The notes below the pieces were generated by a model, which was given only the letters and a program-made list of their open reading frames with translations, was not told the DNA's origin and ran no database searches. A stretch of DNA of 64,000 bases from an uncultured Rickettsiales bacterium (GTDB lineage Bacteria; Pseudomonadota; Alphaproteobacteria; Rickettsiales; UBA1997), in assembly GCA_944392135.1 (NCBI GenBank), contig CALXVQ010000005.1, positions 1,245-65,244 of the forward strand, read 5' to 3'. The position numbers and the translations under genes were made by a program. Shown here one piece after another: positions 20,004 through 28,548 of the stretch; position 1 is the stretch's first letter, and each line of letters opens with the position of its first letter.

Positions 20004-21317
20004 TTAAAAATAAGTATGATAAAGTACATGTTCTAATTCATGATCATTTTGATCTTTTACCCATTGCATATACTCTTTAACAACTGGGTTACCATGTGCC
20101 ACTCTTTCATTCTTTTTCTCTTCATCTAGGCTATATAATACTTTTCTTCTTTCTTCAACTAATGCAACTTGATCAGCTGGTTTCATAGGAAGTAATGGCA
20201 TACCACCACCATTTATACAACCACCAGCACAACTCATAACTTCAACATATTGATAAGCATTAGGATTTTCTTTTAATTCTGCAAGTATTTTTTCTACATT
20301 TTGTACTGTGGAAACGACAGCAACTTTAATTTTTCTACCTTCAATATCAATTTCCGCTGTTTTAAAGCCACTCATATCAGTTCTAACTTCTGTTAAATTG
20401 AAGTTCTTTAAATCTTTTCCTGTAATCATTCTGTAAGCTGTTCTTAAAGCAGATTCCATAACACCACCACTAGCACCATAAATAGCAGCTGCTCCACTAT
20501 ATTCTCCTAATGTATCAGCTTCACTACCTTCAAGACTTGGTAAATCAATTTCATTTTCTTTAAGTAATTGTATCATATCCCTAACAGTTAAGCTATAATC
20601 AACTAATTGTTTACCATTCATTTTAGAACCTTCTTTTAAGATTTCTTCTTTTTTTGATGTGCATGGCATAACTGAAACAACCACAATATCATCAGGATTA
20701 ATACCTTCTTTTTGAGCCCACCATGTTTTATATGCTGCGGCAGCATGTAAATGTGGAGATCTAGCCGTTGTTAAATATTCTTTTAATTCTGGATGATAAT
20801 CTAAAACATAGTCAACCCAAGCATGACAACAAGAAGTAAACATTGGTAATTTAGCATTAGAATTATTTAATCTTTCTAATAATTCTTCTGCTTCTACCAT
20901 AGTTGTAATATCAGCTCCAAAATTTACATCAAAAATTTTATTAAAACCTAATTTTCTAAAAGCTGTATTCATCTTTTTTTCAACATCTAAACTATGTTCC
21001 ATTTTCCAACCTTCACCCAATGATGCCCTAACAGAAGGTGCTGCTTGTACTATAAAAATTTTACTTTTATCAGCAAAAGCCTTTTTGAAAGCTTCTAAAT
21101 TGTCTTGTGCTCTAATTGCACCAACTGGGCAAACCAAAGTACATTGTCCACAATGGATACATTTTTTACCATCAACAGCACTTAAATGTTTTTTGCCTTC
21201 AGCATCAAGTTTAATTTCAAGATAATTAACACTGCAAGATTTGCATTTCATAACACATTTTGTACATTTAATACATTTATTGTCATCAAATTCTATTGTT
21301 TTTCCCATATAATGCAT
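20004..21317 (-). CDS. hydA: [FeFe]-hydrogenase catalytic subunit (two-ferredoxin F-domain plus H-domain)
   Basis: Two 4Fe-4S ferredoxin motifs (CIKCTKCVMKC, CIHCGQCTLVCP). H-cluster motifs are FTSCCHAW (L1), MPCTSKKEE (L2) and EVMSCAGGCINGGGMP (L3). Also AAPSVRASLGE and FGADITTMVEAEE. Co-linear by eye with clostridial HydA H-domains. AAGGAG Shine-Dalgarno upstream. Confidence 0.8.
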   Translation of the reverse strand: MHYMGKTIEFDDNKCIKCTKCVMKCKSCSVNYLEIKLDAEGKKHLSAVDGKKCIHCGQCTLVCPVGAIRAQDNLEAFKKAFADKSKIFIVQAAPSVRASLGEGWKMEHSLDVEKKMNTAFRKLGFNKIFDVNFGADITTMVEAEELLERLNNSNAKLPMFTSCCHAWVDYVLDYHPELKEYLTTARSPHLHAAAAYKTWWAQKEGINPDDIVVVSVMPCTSKKEEILKEGSKMNGKQLVDYSLTVRDMIQLLKENEIDLPSLEGSEADTLGEYSGAAAIYGASGGVMESALRTAYRMITGKDLKNFNLTEVRTDMSGFKTAEIDIEGRKIKVAVVSTVQNVEKILAELKENPNAYQYVEVMSCAGGCINGGGMPLLPMKPADQVALVEERRKVLYSLDEEKKNERVAHGNPVVKEYMQWVKDQNDHELEHVLYHTYF

Positions 21318-21528
21318 AGTCTTGTAATCTCCTTTTATTTTTAGTTGTTAGTTTTTCATAGATAGCTTAAAATATTAATATCTTTTTTTCAAGAGGTAAA
21401 TTATTTATTTTATAATATTAATATTATAATATATATTAAAATATTTTTATATATAAAAATATTAAAAATATATTTGATTTTTAAGAAATAAATAATAGTC
21501 CAGAACAAGTTAAATTTTAAATAAGAAT

Positions 21529-21798
21529 ATGGATATTTTTGGTGAATTTTTAGGTTATTTATCTGGTATATGTTTAGCAATTAGTTTTATACCACAAGCT
21601 ATAAATATTATTAAAGAAAAAGATGTTAGTGGTATTTCTTTAATAAGTTATATTATATATAATATTGGCTGTATTTCATGGATATTATATGGAATTTATT
21701 TAAAATCATTTCAAATGATTCTATTTAATACAATAACAGTATGCTTTACTTTAATTATTTTATTTATGACAATAAAATATAATATAAAGAAAAAATAA
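21529..21798 (+). CDS. PQ-loop / SemiSWEET-type small transporter
   Basis: 89 aa with three TM helices and a PQ motif in TM1 (ISFIPQAINIIKEKDVSGISL). Confidence 0.7.
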   Translation: MDIFGEFLGYLSGICLAISFIPQAINIIKEKDVSGISLISYIIYNIGCISWILYGIYLKSFQMILFNTITVCFTLIILFMTIKYNIKKK

Positions 21799-21825
21799 AT
21801 AATAATTATATTAGTTAGATAAATC

Positions 21826-21856
21826 AAAATAGAAAGTTTTATAAACTTTCTATTTT
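21826..21856. terminator. AT-rich hairpin between convergent genes (possible bidirectional terminator)
   Basis: AAAATAGAAAGTTT / AAACTTTCTATTTT inverted repeat with a 3-nt loop. Few G-C pairs. Confidence 0.35.
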
Positions 21857-21863
21857 ATTATGT

Positions 21864-22289
21864 TTACATGCTAATCTGACCAATATTACTTAATATATCT
21901 TGTATAACATTTTGATTATCTTGTAGTGATGTATCTGTTGTATTTAATATTTCATAATTATTAGAATCTATATTATATAAATACATATCGCTAACAACAT
22001 TTGTATCATTATTAAATCTTATAACTAACACTTTTTGGTCGCTTATGTATGGTTTAAAAAATAAAATTTCTTTCATTTGATATGAGTAATAAATCCAAAT
22101 ATTTTTGTCAAAATATGAAATATTTAATGGATAACCAAAATTCTGTAAAATATCATTTTTATCAGTCAACCCTACTCTAATGTTATCAACATCATTATTA
22201 TCAAATATATTTCCCTTATGTGTTATACTCCTACTAATACACGAAGAAGTAAATAATACAAGTAAAAATATATAAACATATCTTTTCAT
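21864..22289 (-). CDS. bamE: outer-membrane lipoprotein, BamE (SmpA/OmlA)-like
   Basis: Lipobox LFTSSC, then a BamE-like pattern: HKGNIFDNNDVDNIRVGLTDKNDILQNFGYP....NIWIYY. Confidence 0.55.
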   Translation of the reverse strand: MKRYVYIFLLVLFTSSCISRSITHKGNIFDNNDVDNIRVGLTDKNDILQNFGYPLNISYFDKNIWIYYSYQMKEILFFKPYISDQKVLVIRFNNDTNVVSDMYLYNIDSNNYEILNTTDTSLQDNQNVIQDILSNIGQISM

Positions 22290-23503
22290 TACATAGCACC
22301 AAAATTATCAAAGTTACCATAAATAGGTCCGAATACAGCGAGAATAACCCAAGCCATCAAACCACCCATAGTAAATATAATAGAAGGTTGTAAAGTTCCA
22401 ATAATTTTATCAATAGAATCATCAATTTCCATCGAGTAGAAGTATTGTATATTTTCCATAGCATCAACCATATTACCACTTTCTTCACCAACCTTAAACA
22501 TTCTCAAAACCATACCAGGAAAATATTTTGAGGCAGCAAGAGCATTATATACTGACTTACCATCAGAAACATCTTCTTCAACTCTTTTTATATCTTCTCT
22601 TAATACAGTATTTTTAACAATATCACCAGATATTTGCAAACATTCAAGAATAGGAATACCACTGGCAAATGTAACACCAAAAAATCTTGTAAATTTAGAC
22701 ATTTCTATTTTTGTAATAATACTACCTAAAAGTGGCATTTTTAATTTAACTTCATCAACCTTATACTTAACAGATTTGTTTTTACTGAAAATCTTTACAA
22801 GGATATAAAACACAACACATATAACTAAAAAATCAAAGAAATATGCTTCCACAAAATCCGATGTAGCAATTAAAGCATGAGTATAATTTGGTACAGGAAT
22901 ACCTTGATCTATAATAAAACCCATAACTTTTGGAACAACAAGTTTTAACATAATTGCTGTCACTACAAATAAAACAAATAAACTAAATAATGGATATCTA
23001 ATTGCTTTTATAGTTTTTCTTTTAATTTCATCAGACCATTTTAAATTTTCATAAATATTTTTAAAAGCAGATTGCAAACCACCAGTTTTTTCACCCATTC
23101 TAACTAAACTAATCATAACTTGGTCAAAAACTTTTGTATGCTTTTCCATAGCTTCAGAAAGTAATTTTCCACCTTTAACAGATTCATATAAATCCGTAGC
23201 AACTTCCCTGACCTTTTGATTATCAGAAAAATCTTTTAAATCAGACAATGAATCAAGTAAAGGCACACCTGCTCTCTCTAATTGCTCTAAATGAATAAAA
23301 AATGTAATTAAATCTTTATTTGTAATTCTATCTAAAAAACCTAGACTAAGTATAGATTCATTAATTTTCTTAAAAGAAATCAAAGTTAAATTAGAATCAG
23401 ATAAAATTTGTTCTAGCACATATTCATTGTTAGCCTGTATTGTACCTTTTATAATTCTATTTCGATTTTGATCTAATGCCTTATATGTATACTTATTACT
23501 CAT
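22289..23503 (-). CDS. pilC: type IV pilus / T2SS platform protein (GspF/PilC family)
   Basis: 404 aa. Two repeated T2SS-F cytoplasmic domains, each followed by TM helices. Typical N-terminus (YKALDQNRNRIIKGTIQANNE) and C-terminus (ILAVFGPIYGNF). Confidence 0.8.
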   Translation of the reverse strand: MSNKYTYKALDQNRNRIIKGTIQANNEYVLEQILSDSNLTLISFKKINESILSLGFLDRITNKDLITFFIHLEQLERAGVPLLDSLSDLKDFSDNQKVREVATDLYESVKGGKLLSEAMEKHTKVFDQVMISLVRMGEKTGGLQSAFKNIYENLKWSDEIKRKTIKAIRYPLFSLFVLFVVTAIMLKLVVPKVMGFIIDQGIPVPNYTHALIATSDFVEAYFFDFLVICVVFYILVKIFSKNKSVKYKVDEVKLKMPLLGSIITKIEMSKFTRFFGVTFASGIPILECLQISGDIVKNTVLREDIKRVEEDVSDGKSVYNALAASKYFPGMVLRMFKVGEESGNMVDAMENIQYFYSMEIDDSIDKIIGTLQPSIIFTMGGLMAWVILAVFGPIYGNFDNFGAM

Positions 23504-23646
23504 TTATATAAAAAAAATTATCATATGTAGAAAATCTTATATAATAATAAAATTAAAATCAATATTTTTTTAAAATACTATTTTTACTTGCAAAATAATT
23601 CAAGTCATTTACAGTATAATAGATATTAGATTATATTAATAAAAAT

Positions 23647-23907
23647 ATGTTATTAAATTTATTTAAACATTTTTTATCATTTTATAGTATATTAATTATA
23701 GGTTATATTGCCATTGATATTTTAATTAAAAAAAACATATTAAAAAATAATGATAAAACAATAAGTGATATATTTAATTTATTATCAATATTTGTTGAAC
23801 CTATATTAAATTTTATAAAAAAATTTATATCAAAATCAAAGTATGCAAACTTAGTATTATTGATATTTTTATTATTATTGGACTTACTAATCAAATTTAT
23901 TAAATAA
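23647..23907 (+). CDS. small membrane protein, YggT-family-like
   Basis: 86 aa with two TM helices. The central segment IFVEPILNFIKKF resembles the TEPxLxPxRR loop of YggT proteins. Confidence 0.45.
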   Translation: MLLNLFKHFLSFYSILIIGYIAIDILIKKNILKNNDKTISDIFNLLSIFVEPILNFIKKFISKSKYANLVLLIFLLLLDLLIKFIK

Positions 23908-23910
23908 AAA

Positions 23911-24366
23911 GTGAAAGATATTGATTATTTATTGAAAGATTTATTAAAACCAATTTTAAAAAATTATTCTCCACTTTTATTTATATTAAAAAAAAATTGG
24001 CTAAATATAATAGGTGAAAAATATTTTGAATTTTGCGAAGTAGAAAAAGTAATTTTTTCTAAAAATAAAAAAAATGATGGCATTTTATACATTATATGTT
24101 TTAACAACATTATTTCTTTTTATATAGAAAATAATAAGATTTTTATTATAGAAAAAATAAATGCAATGTTTGGTTATAATTTAGTTCAAGATATAAAAAT
24201 AAAACAAAAACCAAAATTAATAAAAAATAACAATAATAAAAAATCTAAAACAATAACTCAAAATGAAGAAAATATATTAGTTGATGCAACAATTAATATT
24301 GAAAATGATTCATTAAAAGAATCACTAAAAAATTTAGGAAAAGTAATATATTTAAACAATAAATAA
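23911..24366 (+). CDS. DUF721 / DciA-like protein
   Basis: GTG start. KKNWLNIIGEKYFEFCEVEKV....GILYIICFNNIISFYIENNK matches the W..ivG....h..p..l..g.L.v.v pattern of DUF721. Confidence 0.45.
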   Translation: MKDIDYLLKDLLKPILKNYSPLLFILKKNWLNIIGEKYFEFCEVEKVIFSKNKKNDGILYIICFNNIISFYIENNKIFIIEKINAMFGYNLVQDIKIKQKPKLIKNNNNKKSKTITQNEENILVDATINIENDSLKESLKNLGKVIYLNNK

Positions 24367-24424
24367 ATATTGAAATTTATTAAACATTTTTTTATTATGT
24401 GTATGATGTAAAAAAATTTAATAT

Positions 24425-24826
24425 ATGATTCTTGGTATTGGTGTTGATTTATTAAATATAAATAGAATTCAAAATGTTTATAACAAATTTGGTAATAAAT
24501 TTGTTAAGCGAATTCTTGCATATAATGAAATTGAACTGTATAACAAGTCTAAAAATAAAATTAATTTTTTAGCAAAAAGATTTTGTGCAAAAGAAGCTTT
24601 TTCTAAGGCAATAGGCATTGGTATTGGAAGAGGTATAGATATGAGAGATATTATTATTAAAAAAGATTCTCTTGGTAAACCTAGTATTTTATTAAGTGAT
24701 AAAGGATACGGTTTTATAGAAAAATATTACGAGAAAGAAAGAACATTAATACAATTTAATATTTCCATCACAGATGAACCACCATATGTAAATAGTTTTG
24801 TTATAATAAGTTTAAATCATGAATAA
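24425..24826 (+). CDS. acpS: holo-[acyl-carrier-protein] synthase
   Basis: MILGIGVDLLNINRI N-terminus and FCAKEAFSKA motif. 133 aa. Confidence 0.85.
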   Translation: MILGIGVDLLNINRIQNVYNKFGNKFVKRILAYNEIELYNKSKNKINFLAKRFCAKEAFSKAIGIGIGRGIDMRDIIIKKDSLGKPSILLSDKGYGFIEKYYEKERTLIQFNISITDEPPYVNSFVIISLNHE

Positions 24827-25562
24827 AATGAAATATCAAAAAGTCAATAATTTTCAAGGTTTTGCATTAATAAGAGTCATACTTCTCTGTGTAATTAGTA
24901 GTATTATTTTGTTTCTTGCTATAGATAGTAGTTCAATATTAAATGATGCCAGAATTCGAGCTTTTTTAGATGAAATTAATGGCTATAAAACCAACTTAAT
25001 AGATTTTCAACTAAAAAGTGGTAGATGGCCTGGGGATTTTGACAACGACACATATTTTAGTTGGTGTGGTGGTTTTGCTTGCCCAAATGTAGAATCTTCA
25101 AATTCATATACTACAAAAACACAAGAATATTTTAGATACACATTTTCAGAACCATATAATGAGTTAGTACCAGATCCACTTGTTGCACCTTTCATTGATT
25201 TATATTTATTAAAAGGTGGAACTACTTTTAAGCCAAATACTGAATTATATGACAAATTTATAATTGGTAAAACAATTCCATATGTTGAGTCTTTAAATAA
25301 TTTATATTGGTTTTTTTATACATTTGGCTATTTTCAAGAACCTTTAAATACTTCTTATAGTTTTTTAGATAAAGTAACACCAAATACAATATGGTTTGGC
25401 AGTGATACTGTTAATGGACTTAATGTTAGAAGATATCTAAAAACATTTAAAATTATTGATGAAAAAATTGATGATGGAGATTATCTAGCGGGCGATGTTA
25501 GATCTTATTGCTCACCAAAAGGTTGCAGTAGAATATTTGTATTATTATCAAATAATAATTAA
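24819..25562 (+). CDS. pilin/pseudopilin-like protein (paralogue 2 of the 2265-3125 gene)
   Basis: QG|FALIRVILLCVISSIILFLAI hydrophobic N-terminus. Blocks shared with paralogue 1 are ARIRAFLDEINGYK, PGDFDN, APFIDLYL and the C-terminal KIDDGDYLAGDVRSYC. Arg occupies the usually invariant Glu+5 position. Confidence 0.5.
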   Translation: MNKMKYQKVNNFQGFALIRVILLCVISSIILFLAIDSSSILNDARIRAFLDEINGYKTNLIDFQLKSGRWPGDFDNDTYFSWCGGFACPNVESSNSYTTKTQEYFRYTFSEPYNELVPDPLVAPFIDLYLLKGGTTFKPNTELYDKFIIGKTIPYVESLNNLYWFFYTFGYFQEPLNTSYSFLDKVTPNTIWFGSDTVNGLNVRRYLKTFKIIDEKIDDGDYLAGDVRSYCSPKGCSRIFVLLSNNN

Positions 25563-25681
25563 TAAACCTTATTATATAAATAAAATATTAATATTTTTAA
25601 TGAATATCTTGTAGTTAAAATAATATATTGACATTTTAATAAAAATATATAATTATGGTTGTGTGTAAATGATATTTAATT

Positions 25682-25941
25682 ATGCCAGACAAAGAAGAAA
25701 ACCCACTAAGACAGATATCGTCGGAAGATATTGCAGAAAATAGAATAAGCGAAGAGCATAAGCTTGATTATGCAAATTATATACAGGTAGAATAGAATAA
25801 AATGCACTAGCTGAAACTGTAGAGCAAACAAGATATGATACACATTTAGAGAAACCTACAATACTAGATCTATTTAATGCAGCGATTAATGATGATGTAA
25901 ATACAATAAAATTATGTCATAAATATCACACGAATCTAAAT
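25682..25941 (+). pseudogene. disrupted 5' part of the ankyrin gene (short ATG-ORF plus start-less open frame)
   Basis: ATG at 25682 opens a 37-codon ORF ending at TAG 25793-25795. From 25801 the frame of the downstream ANK ORF is open without a start codon, and it encodes ANK-like sequence (LDLFNAAINDDVNTIKLCHKYHTNLN). Confidence 0.4.
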
Positions 25942-26613
25942 ATGTTTGATCAAAACAAACGCACTGTTTTAATGTATGCAGTAATAAAAAAATCTAAAAA
26001 TGCAGTAAGGGTATTATGTGATCTTGGAGTTGATGTGAATATGCAAGATAAAAATGGTACAACAGCTTTAATGTATGCAGCTAATAAACATGATACAGAA
26101 ATTATAGATTGCTTATGTCAAGATAAAGCTAATGTTACCGCAGAAGATTACGATAATACAAATGTTTTTTTATATGCTATTAATGATTTAGAAAGCACTA
26201 AAACATTACTAAAATATATACCAAAAGACCATGATCATATTATCAATACCTTTCGTAATGTTATACTGTTTAAAAGAAGTCGACCAGATGTTCCTATGGA
26301 AAGTGATTACTGCAATTTTCTTTATAATTACATCAAAGAAAGTGAGTATAAAAACTTTTTAGAGCAACATATGATGGAACCTATACACACATATAATACC
26401 AATGGTATATCATCTCTTGCTAATACTAACACACAAAGAGAAAAAAGAAATAATAGTGGTAAAAGAAATACTAATCCAAGAAATAATCCATATGTTAGAC
26501 CAACAGAAGTAAATAGAACAGCTACCACTAGCACTTCTGTCGAACAAAATAGTGAATCAACTACAACCCAAAAGAAAAGTAGAAAAAGAAAAAAACCATA
26601 CTTTCAATTATAG
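25942..26613 (+). CDS. ankyrin-repeat protein with basic NLS-like C-terminal tail
   Basis: Tandem ANK repeats (KRTVLMYAVIKKSKNAVRVLCDLGVDVNMQDKNGTTALMYAANKHDTEIIDCL). The tail ends in QKKSRKRKKPYFQL. Confidence 0.75.
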   Translation: MFDQNKRTVLMYAVIKKSKNAVRVLCDLGVDVNMQDKNGTTALMYAANKHDTEIIDCLCQDKANVTAEDYDNTNVFLYAINDLESTKTLLKYIPKDHDHIINTFRNVILFKRSRPDVPMESDYCNFLYNYIKESEYKNFLEQHMMEPIHTYNTNGISSLANTNTQREKRNNSGKRNTNPRNNPYVRPTEVNRTATTSTSVEQNSESTTTQKKSRKRKKPYFQL

Positions 26614-27169
26614 TTGTAGAAAATAATACAAAAATATAAAAAAATAGTGATTTTATTACAAACACTCATCACAAGTTTAACTGATAATTATTTGTTTTTA
26701 ATAATAACCTTCATATTATATAATATTATTAGGAGAATTTAAATTAATATAATAAAAACATTACTTTAAATTATTATTTATATATTTCTTTTTATTTAAA
26801 TAAATTTTTCATTTATTTTAATAAATCTCACTCACAAATTATCAAATTCTCAAAGAAACTTATACTTTTTTAACATTCAACTCTTGTTTTAATTTCTTAG
26901 TATTCATAAAACTTTAATTATTATAATAATCTTTATTTGTCTTTAAAATAATAAAAATTACATAGTAAATCTTAATTATACTTATATTAAACAAATCATA
27001 ATTGTTAAAAAAATCCTGCATTAAACTTGATAACATATATCAAATTTTATTAAAAATAAAATATTTTCATAAATGAAAGAAAAATATATTTGATATTTTA
27101 TCATTATTAACGATTAAGCAAATTAGCAGTTTTTAGAGTTAATAAGATTTAAAGCCCTTTTTTTAATTA

Positions 27170-27601
27170 TTATTGCGACAATTGAACTTCTAATTGCTGT
27201 TTAGACATTCTTTTTTCATTTTCCTTTTCAACAAAAGATTTTCCTTTTTCTGTACTCTGATTTTTATTTAAATCATTTTCATTAGACTTCATATTTTTTT
27301 GACTTAAAATACTAGATCTTCCTTTACTATTTTTCATCTGTTTTGCTAATTTTTCATATTTGTCAACTTTATATGATAAATAGTCAGATAAATATCCTGT
27401 TGCACATCCAATAGCCGCACAACTAAAACCCACAAGTGGTCCAATAAAAGGTGTAGCTATAAAGGAACCAATATATGTAGAAGACAAAACTATTCCAACA
27501 GAAACACAAGCTACAGCAAAACATGATGCACTAATAACCTTTAAAACTGTTTTTGCTTTCATTCCATTTTTACTTTTTTTATGATTTTTTTTATTAGCCA
27601 T
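27170..27601 (-). CDS. hypothetical small membrane protein (bilobed hydrophobic hairpin plus charged tail)
   Basis: 143 aa. About 50 aa of Gly/Ala/Cys-rich hydrophobic sequence (VISASCFAVACVSVGIVLSS..IGPLVGFSCAAIGCATGYL), flanked by Lys-rich segments. Confidence 0.5.
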   Translation of the reverse strand: MANKKNHKKSKNGMKAKTVLKVISASCFAVACVSVGIVLSSTYIGSFIATPFIGPLVGFSCAAIGCATGYLSDYLSYKVDKYEKLAKQMKNSKGRSSILSQKNMKSNENDLNKNQSTEKGKSFVEKENEKRMSKQQLEVQLSQ

Positions 27602-27837
27602 TTTAATATTATTTTATCAAAACATTTTATATTATATTACATTTTATAACAAAAATTAATTAAAATTTACAAATTATTTTTACTTTTATATATTTTTTAG
27701 ATTATATTATATAATAACTATTATAAATTAAAAAAATAATAAATTTATACTATAAATATAAGAGAATTAAGAACATTACAATCGTTCCTATAATAATGAT
27801 ATAATACAAGAATCTTATTTTATCTTTATTATCTATC

Positions 27838-28548
27838 AGTATTATAAAAATTATTTTATAAAGTATTACCATAACTTCTACAAAGCCTCGCAATGGCAGT
27901 GTGTGGATATATTCTCTCAATGACGACGGTTTATTGAGTGTTGCGGCTACCATAATGAGATTGCCACGAGTTGCAAAAGCAACTCTCGCAATGACAAACC
28001 TAGAATAAACGAGATTGCCACGAACCTTCGGTTCTCGCAATGACAGTATATGGTTAGTTTCTCGCAATGATGAGCTTGTGGGTACTGTCATTATTTGAAA
28101 TAAAACGACAAAACAATCCACAATCACACGCACCCCTTCGTTATTGTAAGCAAAGTAAAACAATTCATAACCACTATTACCCAACTTTCGTCATTGCGAG
28201 CGAAGCGAAGCAATCCATACAACCCAAAAAAGTCAATACAAAAACAACAGGAAAGAAAAAGAATTTATTATCTTGCTGTGGTATACAGTCTCCCAACAAC
28301 ATATCAAAGGCTTGCAAATAGTCAGTTTCACAAAATCAATAAATTATGAATTTAATTTTGATAGCATTAAGTGTTGAGTAAGATACCTAACACCACAAGA
28401 ATTTATTATCTGTAAATAAACAAGAATAGAAATAAAACAAAAAATAAAAGAATTCTGTAAATGAATATTGTATCCCATAACGAGATTGCCACTCTTTCTA
28501 CAAAGTCTCGCAATATATATTAGTATTATAAAAATTATTTTATAAAAC
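27838..28548. repeat. cluster 1 of GC-rich palindromic repeat elements (REP/RPE-like)
   Basis: Units of the form GAGATTGCCAC-[hairpin]-CTCGCAATGAC lie at 27957-27995 and 28011-28044. Partial units lie at 27877-27896, 28057-28074 and 28483-28513. The opposite orientation, TCGTCATTGCGAGCGAAGCGAAGCAATCC, lies at 28188-28216. An AT-decayed copy lies at 28138-28170. A 23-bp direct repeat TATTATAAAAATTATTTTATAAA sits at both edges. Confidence 0.85.

Noticed and set aside
25628-25653. TTGACA ... TATAAT upstream of the ankyrin fragment as a promoter
   Set aside because: The two hexamers are only 14 nt apart, which is outside the functional 16-18 nt spacing. A-T-rich -10-like hexamers are everywhere in this sequence. 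Similar weak TTGACA/TTGACT candidates at 2203, 4696, 40574, 57164 and 58898 were left uncalled for the same reason.
27838-28548. Possibility that the repeat clusters are CRISPR arrays
   Set aside because: The units occur in both orientations with irregular spacing (from 0 to more than 200 bp). They are themselves long nested palindromes with variable cores, and no cas genes are nearby. This is not the regular repeat-spacer architecture of CRISPR.
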